This document shows positions 57,126-64,000 of a stretch of 64,000 nt of DNA, piece by piece. Location: positions 224,001-288,000 of the forward strand of contig JAZJZK010000005.1 of NCBI GenBank assembly GCA_040389905.1, given 5' to 3'. The notes under the pieces are model-generated. The model did not search any database. It had not been told where the DNA came from and saw nothing but the letters and a program-made list of their open reading frames with translations. Source of the stretch: Gemmatimonadota bacterium (GTDB lineage: Bacteria > Gemmatimonadota > Gemmatimonadetes > Gemmatimonadales > Gemmatimonadaceae). Positions within the stretch are counted from its first letter, which is position 1. Every line of letters begins with the position of its first letter. The position numbers and the translations under genes were made by a program.

Positions 57126-57374
57126 TTACCACACCTCCTGTCCCACCGGGTCGCCCCACTCGAGTTCCTCGGACCGGTATCCTTTCGGAATGCGGCGAAC
57201 GAGCTCGCTCAGATCGTGTCCGCCGCGGACACGCCGTACGGGCGTCACCTTGAGAGCACCGTCTTCCACGACGATATCGACGGAATCGCCGACATCGATG
57301 TCGGCGTCGGCCAGCAAGCTCTTGCTCAAGCGCAGTCCCTGGCTGTTGCCCCACTTCTGAACTTTGGTGATCAC
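57126..57374 (-). CDS. mazE: AbrB/MazE family antitoxin
   Basis: MITKVQKWGNSQGLRL...LEWGDPVGQEVW; GAGGGA RBS. Confidence 0.93.
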   Translation of the reverse strand: MITKVQKWGNSQGLRLSKSLLADADIDVGDSVDIVVEDGALKVTPVRRVRGGHDLSELVRRIPKGYRSEELEWGDPVGQEVW

Positions 57375-57384
57375 ACGGTCCCTC

Positions 57385-57410
57385 GCTATACAGGATATAC
57401 GAAGTATAGC
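57385..57410. promoter_or_regulatory. mazEF operator/promoter palindrome
   Basis: GCTATAC-N12-GTATAGC with an internal ATATAC; TATACT -10-like hexamer on the minus strand. Confidence 0.6.
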
Positions 57411-57442
57411 CGCGCATGCCTTTGGGCGACAGTCTACAACGT

Positions 57443-58117
57443 CTACCCAGACCGCGCGCCGGCAATGATCAACGCAAGGCCGCGACGAAATCGGAGATCT
57501 GCGGCGGCGGCTGGATTCGCGAACGCCCTGCGGAGGTGGCGCTCCGAAGCAGCGGCCAGTCGCGGCCACCGCTCGGGGTCCACCCACGTCGAGTCGGGCG
57601 GCGGGCCCTTGCCGCCTTTCGGGAACTGCGGCGACGCCTGATCGTCGAGCGCAACACCCATCGCGTAGGTGATGACGGTAACAGAAATCACCCACGCCGA
57701 GTCGGCGGTGAAGCCCGCACGCTCGAGCAGCTCGAGCGCCTTCTCGAACGCCGGCTTGACGGTGTCCGTACGAAACAACCGCGCACCCGCCACGACGCGC
57801 GCACCGTCGCGATGCGCAAGGAGCGCCTTCCGCGTGCCGATGGCAAGTGCGGTGAGCCACTCGTCCCAGGTTTCGTCAGCGCCCGACGCCGGCACATCAC
57901 CCATGGCGTCCGCGAGAATCGCCGTCGCCAACAGATCGATCAACTCCTGCTTGCTGCTGATGTACCAGTACATTCCCGGCGGATGCATACCAAGCTTCTG
58001 CGCCACCCCTCGCAGGCTGAGCTTGTCGATGCCTCCTTCTTCAAGCAGCTCGAGGCTCGCCTGAACGATCTCCGCGCGCCGCCGCTCCCGATTCTCGCCG
58101 GGCGCTCCCTTGCTCAC
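57443..58117 (-). CDS. TetR-family regulator (TetR_C-like)
   Basis: IVQASLELLEEGGIDKLSLRGVAQKLGMHPPGMYWY; LLAHRDGA; FRRGLALII. Confidence 0.93.
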   Translation of the reverse strand: MSKGAPGENRERRRAEIVQASLELLEEGGIDKLSLRGVAQKLGMHPPGMYWYISSKQELIDLLATAILADAMGDVPASGADETWDEWLTALAIGTRKALLAHRDGARVVAGARLFRTDTVKPAFEKALELLERAGFTADSAWVISVTVITYAMGVALDDQASPQFPKGGKGPPPDSTWVDPERWPRLAAASERHLRRAFANPAAAADLRFRRGLALIIAGARSG

Positions 58118-58121
58118 GGCC

Positions 58122-58177
58122 TTGACAATTGAACGGTGTTAAAGAACATTCGTCGCATGGATTTAACAGTGTTAAAT
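58122..58177. promoter_or_regulatory. Divergent promoter with two TetR operators
   Basis: TTGACA at 58122; perfect ATTTAACA-G-TGTTAAAT (58161-58177); imperfect ATTGAACG-G-TGTTAAAG (58128-58144). Confidence 0.8.
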
Positions 58178-58263
58178 ATTCCGACAATCTGTGTCGCGCA
58201 TCTCGGCGGGGCAAGCGTCCGACGATCGGCTGACATTCTCCCCCCGCTCGAGCGAATCAACGC

Positions 58264-59319
58264 ATGACAGCACGGAAACGACTCCTGGTGGCAGCAAGCG
58301 TCCTCGCCCTCATATCGCTCAGCTGGATGGCATGGTCGCGGACTCGGCCTACCGAAATCACCCTGATGGGGATTGTCGACGCCGATGAAGTCGTCGTGAC
58401 ACCACCTGTGCAGGCGCGGCTCGATTCCTTGTGGGTGGAGGAGGGAGCGGAAGTGAAGGCTGGCCAGCCGATCGCCACCCTGGATCGCGGCGAGCTCGCA
58501 GCACAGGCCGCGTCCGCCGGTGCGGCGACCGCCAACGTGCGTGCCCAATTGAGTGAAGCGTCGCTCGCCGCCCGCCAAACGGAGGGCGAAGTCGCGGGCG
58601 CGCTCGCCGCCGCAAAGGCTCGACTCGCCTCTGCGCGTGCTGACGTGAGCCGTCAAGAGGTCGATGTCGATCGTCTGCGGAACGACGCAAGCCGCGCTTC
58701 GGCGCTGGCGAAGACCGGCGGCATGTCTCCGGCGGACGTGGAGCGTGCCACCGCCGCGCTGCGTGTGCAGGACCAAATGGTGACGGCGGCGAGGGAAGCG
58801 CTCAAGGCCGCTGAGGCAGATGTCCGCCGAGCGGAGTCGAGCGCGCTTGCGGCGCCGGCGGCGAGGGGCAATGTGGTCGCCGCACAGGCTCGTCTGCGTG
58901 GCGCACAGGCCGATTCCGCATACGCGGGTGCGCGGCTCGCGTACACCGAACTTCGTGCGCCGGTGAATGGCATCGTGCAGGTGCTCGTTGCGCGCCGCGG
59001 CGAGCTCGTTGGTCCCGGCAAGGCCGTCGCCATCATCGTGCAACCCGATCACGAGTGGGTCCGCGTGTCTGCGCCCGAGAGTGACGCCGCTGCCGTCGCA
59101 GTCGGCGACTCGCTCGATGTCGTGTTCCCGTCGGGTGACCGAATCCGCGGGCGCGTGATCAGCAAGAGCGCCGAGGGCGAGTTTGCCACGCAGCGCGACG
59201 TGAGCGCGTCGAAGCGGGACATTCGCGCGGTCGCGTTCCGCGTCGCCATCCCGAATCCCAAGCACACGATCGTCGCGGGTATGTCGGCATCCGTTGTCTT
59301 GCCGACGAGACGCCAGTGA
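58264..59319 (+). CDS. HlyD-family periplasmic adaptor subunit
   Basis: VEEGAEVKAGQPIATLD, coiled coil, ELRAPVNG and AEGEFAT. Confidence 0.9.
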   Translation: MTARKRLLVAASVLALISLSWMAWSRTRPTEITLMGIVDADEVVVTPPVQARLDSLWVEEGAEVKAGQPIATLDRGELAAQAASAGAATANVRAQLSEASLAARQTEGEVAGALAAAKARLASARADVSRQEVDVDRLRNDASRASALAKTGGMSPADVERATAALRVQDQMVTAAREALKAAEADVRRAESSALAAPAARGNVVAAQARLRGAQADSAYAGARLAYTELRAPVNGIVQVLVARRGELVGPGKAVAIIVQPDHEWVRVSAPESDAAAVAVGDSLDVVFPSGDRIRGRVISKSAEGEFATQRDVSASKRDIRAVAFRVAIPNPKHTIVAGMSASVVLPTRRQ

Positions 59320-60314
59320 GCAGCACGGCGAGTCGGGTGCGATCGTCCGAGCCACCGGCGATCGTCGTCGAGCACGCAATCAAGCGTTACGGCGATCTCG
59401 TCGCCGTGAACGACGTCTCTTTCACCGTGGCCGCCGGCGAAACACTCGGCCTCCTCGGTCCGAATGGCGCGGGGAAGAGCACGTTGATCCGCATGATGAC
59501 CACCCTGGTGCCCATTACGAGCGGGCGCGTCATCGTCGGCGGACACGACGTGTCAAAACGTCCCGACGATGCTCGGCTCGCGATCGGCGTCATTCCGCAG
59601 GCGATGACGACGGATGTCGACCTCTCCGTCGAGGAAAACCTCAGCATCTACGCAAAGCTGTACGGCGTCCCCGCCGTCGAACGCAAGCGTGCGATCGCCG
59701 AGCTCCTCGAGCTGGTGCACCTCGCGGACCGGCGAACGTCGCTCGTGGGCACGCTCTCCGGCGGTATGCGTCGTCGCGTGGAGCTGGCGCGCGGACTCGT
59801 GCACAGCCCCGCGATCCTCTTCCTCGACGAACCGACCACGGGGCTCGATCCCGTCTCTCGCGCCGACGTGTGGGAGATGCTCACGCGGCTTCGCGAAGTG
59901 CGCCGGCTTACGGTACTCATCACGACGCACTACATGGACGAAGCGGATCGCCTCTGCGATCGGATTGCCATCGTCGACAAAGGGCGGCTCGTCGCGCTGG
60001 ACACGCCACGCGCACTCAAGGAAGCGGTGCCCGGCGCGAGCGCAATCGAAGCGCGCGTCGACGATGCGGGGCCCGACTGGGAGTCCGCCATCCGAAGCAT
60101 CGACGGCGTTGCCTCGGCGCACGCGCTTGGTGGGCATACGTGGCGTCTCGTGACTGACGACGCGGGACGTGCCGCGACCGGGCTGGTCTCACTCGCGCAG
60201 TCGCGTGGTCTCGCGCTGCAGTCGCTCACGGTGACGTCCACGACGCTCGACGACGTCTTTGCGCACTACGCCGGCCACTCGCTCGGCGACTCGGCGAAGG
60301 CAGGCGCATCATGA
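59316..60314 (+). CDS. ABC transporter ATP-binding protein
   Basis: GPNGAGKST, LSGGM, FLDEPTTGLD and TTHYMDEA. Confidence 0.95.
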   Translation: MSSTASRVRSSEPPAIVVEHAIKRYGDLVAVNDVSFTVAAGETLGLLGPNGAGKSTLIRMMTTLVPITSGRVIVGGHDVSKRPDDARLAIGVIPQAMTTDVDLSVEENLSIYAKLYGVPAVERKRAIAELLELVHLADRRTSLVGTLSGGMRRRVELARGLVHSPAILFLDEPTTGLDPVSRADVWEMLTRLREVRRLTVLITTHYMDEADRLCDRIAIVDKGRLVALDTPRALKEAVPGASAIEARVDDAGPDWESAIRSIDGVASAHALGGHTWRLVTDDAGRAATGLVSLAQSRGLALQSLTVTSTTLDDVFAHYAGHSLGDSAKAGAS

Positions 60315-61429
60315 ATCTCCAGCGTGTTTCTGCGATCGTCGAGCGGGAGCTCAGGAAATTCATGCGCACGCCGCTCATCCTGGTGATGGTGCTCCTCATG
60401 CCCCTGATGCAGCTCGTCGTACTCGGGAATGCCTTCGGCGGGCGAGCCACGCATCTCAAGCTCGCGGTCGTCGACGAGGACGGCGGCCCGGCGTCGCGGC
60501 GCGTGCGAGAGGCGCTGCATGCGCTGGAGAGCAACGGCGACATGCTCCGTCCCATCACGTACGCCACCGAGCAGGAGGCAGCTGCTGCGGTCCGTCGCGG
60601 CGACGTGCAGGGCGCATTGATCCTGCCGCTGCACTTCTCGCGACGCGTCTATGCCGGCGATCGGCCACGCGTAGGCCTGTTGCTCGACAACACCGACAAC
60701 GTGCTGAGCGCGACCATGCGCGGCTTGACCGCGGGCGCGATCCAGCGTGCCACGCGCGACGTGCCCGCGCCGCGCGTTGCATCCGCTGTCACACTCGATG
60801 CCGTCGAGCTGTATCCCTACGTGCCGTACATGCGCTACATGCTGCCTGGCGTCATCTCGCTAGGCCTGTTCATGTCCGCGATGATCGGGGGCGCGATTCT
60901 GTATCTCGACGACAAGCAGCGCGGCGTGCATGAGGGCTATCTCGTCACCCCGATTACGAAGCTCGAACTCGTACTCGCGCAGATCATCGCCGGCACCATC
61001 AAGGCGACCGCGGGAGGCATGCTCCTCGCACTCGTCGGCGCGCTCGCCGCGGGCGCGACCGCGATCTTCGAACCGGCGCGCCTCCTTGCGCTACTCGTGC
61101 TCGTCGCGCTCACGTCGGTGTCGTTCATGGCGATGACGTCGTGCATCGTGGCCCGCATGAACAGCCCCATCGCGCCGCGGGCCATCTTCGGAATGCTGAA
61201 CACGCTGTTGTATTTCCCCAGTGGCGCGGTCTACCCCACGCAGGGGCTTCCGACCTGGCTGCGCGTCGTGGCGATGGCGGATCCCTTCACATACGCGGTG
61301 CACGCCCTGCGAGTCTTGTTACTCAAAGGAGCAGCCGTTCCCGTGATGCTACCGGACCTGCTCTTTCTCTCGGCGTTTGCCGTCCTGATGTGCTCTGGTG
61401 CGGTGCTGCTCTTTCGGCGAACGCTCTGA
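60311..61429 (+). CDS. ABC-2 type permease
   Basis: ERELRKF, LAVVDED, YMLPG, YFPSGAVYP and DPFTYAVHALR. Confidence 0.92.
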   Translation: MNLQRVSAIVERELRKFMRTPLILVMVLLMPLMQLVVLGNAFGGRATHLKLAVVDEDGGPASRRVREALHALESNGDMLRPITYATEQEAAAAVRRGDVQGALILPLHFSRRVYAGDRPRVGLLLDNTDNVLSATMRGLTAGAIQRATRDVPAPRVASAVTLDAVELYPYVPYMRYMLPGVISLGLFMSAMIGGAILYLDDKQRGVHEGYLVTPITKLELVLAQIIAGTIKATAGGMLLALVGALAAGATAIFEPARLLALLVLVALTSVSFMAMTSCIVARMNSPIAPRAIFGMLNTLLYFPSGAVYPTQGLPTWLRVVAMADPFTYAVHALRVLLLKGAAVPVMLPDLLFLSAFAVLMCSGAVLLFRRTL

Positions 61430-61449
61430 CTTGGCACACTGACCTCATA

Positions 61450-61627
61450 GCGCCGGCACATTGAACGCGGATCGAGCGGATTTGAACTGAAGCAAAAAAT
61501 GATTTCTCAAGTGACGCGCGAGAGAAGCACCTCTCCCTGAGAGGCCTGAAGAAAAAAATGTTGTTGTTACGCTTTATCCCTTTTTTGTCTTTTCCATCCG
61601 CTCAATCCGCGTTCAATGTGCCGGCGC
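61450..61627. repeat. 32-bp inverted repeat pair around an AT-rich core (family D)
   Basis: GCGCCGGCACATTGAACGCGGATCGAGCGGAT (61450-61481) matches the reverse complement of 61596-61627 at 31/32. Confidence 0.85.
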
Positions 61628-61859
61628 AGCAGAGAAGACAAACACGTCTATCGGTTCGATAACGGGTTGCTGTCCCTCTGAGACAGCATAGCGCCTCACC
61701 GCCGCGTCCGGTGCCACAGCCCAAGTCGAGAATGCGCGTGATCGAGCGGCCTTCGACGTGTGCCGCGATCGTGCGCATCCAGAGATCGAGCACCTCCGGG
61801 CCATGATCGCGCGCGCGGTCGTAGCCCGTGGGGATGTCGGTGCGGTCGTAGTCGGTCAT
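61613..61859 (-). pseudogene. Class I SAM-dependent methyltransferase with an internal deletion
   Basis: MTDYDRT...ILDLGCGTGR motif I, then a jump to a different frame encoding a C-terminus-like AVRRYA...VIEPIDVFVF; far too short for an intact MTase. Confidence 0.75.
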
Positions 61860-61868
61860 GTGGAGAAC

Positions 61869-63371
61869 TTACCGACTGAGCGAAGGACACGTTCGCGCCC
61901 GGTCGAGCACCGGATCGCGACCCGCACCAACATCGGCTGCGGTGCGCCGCACCTCGATGTCGGGCAGGACACCGCGATTGTCCGACATGTCGCCGTTCGC
62001 GCGAACGAAGCGCGCCGAGGAGACGCTGACGAGGAAGCCGGTTTGTGGAGAGCGAAAGTAGTACACCTCGCCGAATCCATTTGGACGGCCGCCGGTTTCC
62101 TCACCAATCAGCGTCGCGAGATGATAGGTCTTGATCCCGTCCGCGAGATCGACCGCGCTCGAGAATGTAGCCGGTCCGATCAGCACGCACACAGGCCCAT
62201 CGAACCGGGGCGCGCGCGCTTCGTGCGATTCCGGTGGCTCGGGTAGGGTTACCATCGTGCCATCTGGTCCGGAGAAGAGCTTGCGCCCCATCGGATGGAT
62301 GCGTTCGATACCGATGCGATCGAAGGGCGGCCGAAGGCGTGACTTGAGGTAACCGCGATACTCAGCGCTCATCTTCCAGATCTTGGCCGCCGCGAATCGG
62401 TACGGCGCCGTCGTCACGTGCGAGAGCAGTTCATCGCCGAGTCGGCTGTCCCCGCCACCGTTGCGCCGGAGGTCGATCACGAGTGTGCGAGCGGAATCGG
62501 CGATGGCGCGTGAGAGCGCGCTTTCGAGGTCGGCGCGAAAGCGCTCGATGGTCCCGCTGAGCGAGAAGAGATCGAAGTACGCAGTGCGATCGTCGAGCAG
62601 GCGATAGGTAAAATTCGGAGACGCGACATCGGTCGGGGCGCGCACCGTCCCACGCCGAACGCGCACGCGAATGCTGTCGGGCTCCACGCCCTCGACGTTA
62701 ACGGTGCGCACCTCCGTGCTCCCTGCGCGTCGCAGGCCGACGACATATGGAGGCGTGATCCCGTTGTACCACAGCAGCGTGCCGAATTGGTCGGCCGCCA
62801 TTCGCGTGCGCCATTCGGTGCTCTCGCCGGATATCTCGCCGCGCATGACACGCAGGAGCGAGTCGGACGTCCGCCCGTTGATGCCGACGATCACGTCGCC
62901 GCGATGCACCAGGGAATCGCTCCGCCAGTAGCCGCTGACGGTGAGCTCGCCCAACGCACTGACCGTGACGGCTGCGGGAAACACCAGGCCACCGGCCGCT
63001 GCGTGTTGATCGACCTCTTCCCGAGGCGGCCAGATATTCGTATGACCGTCTCCGAGCGCCGACACGACGCGCGCATAGCTCGGCCACACGGCGGCGCGTT
63101 TGACGGAATCGGGAACGTCGGCGATCAGCGCGTTGCGAAGGTGTCGGACGGAGTCGCGCGACACGACGGAATAGGGATCGGGATGAATGCGCTCGATCAT
63201 CGACAGCACGCTATCGAGATCGGCGGCGATTGCATCGCGCGCAAATGCGGTCGTCACCGCACCTGGGGGTGTCACTGGTAGCCCCGCCGCAGGCCGGGTA
63301 ATGGCGCACCCGCTCAGGGAGAACAGCGTGGCTGGCGCGAATCGGAGCAAACGGATGGCGACATCTCGCAT
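61869..63371 (-). CDS. S41 family peptidase (lipoprotein)
   Basis: LSG|C lipobox; HPDPY; LGDGHT; PDZ-like GDVIVGING; LVIDLRRNGGG; TFSSA; LIGEETGG; GVLPD. Confidence 0.9.
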   Translation of the reverse strand: MRDVAIRLLRFAPATLFSLSGCAITRPAAGLPVTPPGAVTTAFARDAIAADLDSVLSMIERIHPDPYSVVSRDSVRHLRNALIADVPDSVKRAAVWPSYARVVSALGDGHTNIWPPREEVDQHAAAGGLVFPAAVTVSALGELTVSGYWRSDSLVHRGDVIVGINGRTSDSLLRVMRGEISGESTEWRTRMAADQFGTLLWYNGITPPYVVGLRRAGSTEVRTVNVEGVEPDSIRVRVRRGTVRAPTDVASPNFTYRLLDDRTAYFDLFSLSGTIERFRADLESALSRAIADSARTLVIDLRRNGGGDSRLGDELLSHVTTAPYRFAAAKIWKMSAEYRGYLKSRLRPPFDRIGIERIHPMGRKLFSGPDGTMVTLPEPPESHEARAPRFDGPVCVLIGPATFSSAVDLADGIKTYHLATLIGEETGGRPNGFGEVYYFRSPQTGFLVSVSSARFVRANGDMSDNRGVLPDIEVRRTAADVGAGRDPVLDRARTCPSLSR

Positions 63372-63524
63372 GATGCGTCACTCGGCGGGTGGAGAACCCG
63401 CAAATGCAACGTGAACAGGAATCCGATGGATGCTCGCTCGACAAACCGCCGCAGCGCGCGTAGCGTCCACCGTCACGGAAACAACGGAATTGTCGAACGC
63501 GATCCCCTCCCACGCGTCCTTCCC

Positions 63525-64000
63525 ATGCCCACACTACGCCGGTTTTTTCTCGCGACACTCTTCCTGCCGGCCGCGCTCTGTGCGCAGCGCGCATCGGAAA
63601 CAGCGTCCCACAAATCGACCATCGGAGCGCCGACCGCCTTATCACCCGCGGCCGCCGCTTTTGATCCCGTGCGACTCGCACGTCTCGATGCCTGGGTCCA
63701 ACGCCTGATCACGGAGCGACAGATTCCCGGCGCCGTCGTGATGCTCGTGCGCGACGGCCAGGTGGCATACCACAAAGCGTACGGTACCCGCGACCTTGGC
63801 ACGGGCGCTCCGCAGCGGACGAACGACATCTTTCGAATCGCGTCGCAGACCAAGGCGATCAAGTCGCTCGCGGTGATGATGCTCTGGGAGGAGGGAAAGT
63901 TCGGGCTCGATGACCCGATCGGCCGCTACATCCCCGCCTTCAAGACGCAGACGGTGATGACGAAGCTGAACCCCGCGGACTCGAGCTACGAGACGAAGCC
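63525..64000 (+). CDS. Serine hydrolase, beta-lactamase family (partial, runs off the window end)
   Basis: Not in the ORF track. Manual translation gives MPTLRRFF...IPGAVVMLVRDG...FRIASQTK (SxxK)...LDDPIGRYIP. Confidence 0.9.
   Translation, partial: MPTLRRFFLATLFLPAALCAQRASETASHKSTIGAPTALSPAAAAFDPVRLARLDAWVQRLITERQIPGAVVMLVRDGQVAYHKAYGTRDLGTGAPQRTNDIFRIASQTKAIKSLAVMMLWEEGKFGLDDPIGRYIPAFKTQTVMTKLNPADSSYETK

Overview
GC-rich bacterial window. Protein style, SusD-like domains and the DUF5916/ADOP/DUF305 content suggest Gemmatimonadota, which is an inference. No rRNA, tRNA, CRISPR array or transposase was recognised. From left to right it holds: a partial amidase; a vapBC-type TA pair; a DAG-kinase-family gene; two tandem ~2000-aa paralogues (signal peptide, cohesin-like, dockerin, Ig, two RCC1 propellers, SusD-like); a Tat-exported sugar-phosphate isomerase; an apparently foreign cassette with two paralogous 4-Cys secreted peptides, a one-Cys thioredoxin-fold protein, a beta-propeller lipoprotein and an ADOP-type permease; DUF5916 plus a LytS/LytTR pair; AI-2E-mtnB-mtnD-mtnC-permease; a mazEF-like pair; a four-gene restriction-like defence operon (DUF499, small ORF, DUF1156 MTase, PLD-SNF2) with a divergent XRE regulator; Uma2; an 11-gene type II secretion cluster; DUF305 plus an LVIVD-like protein; a second mazEF pair; a TetR-controlled HlyD/ABC exporter; an S41 peptidase; and a partial serine hydrolase. 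Best candidates for undescribed biology: (1) the cohesin-dockerin-RCC1-SusD giant tandem pair, whose second copy has lost its ATG and sits in frame behind a single TAG; (2) the Cys-rich peptide cassette; (3) REP-like palindromes that have entered three proteins in frame. All family calls were made by eye from motifs, with no database searches.
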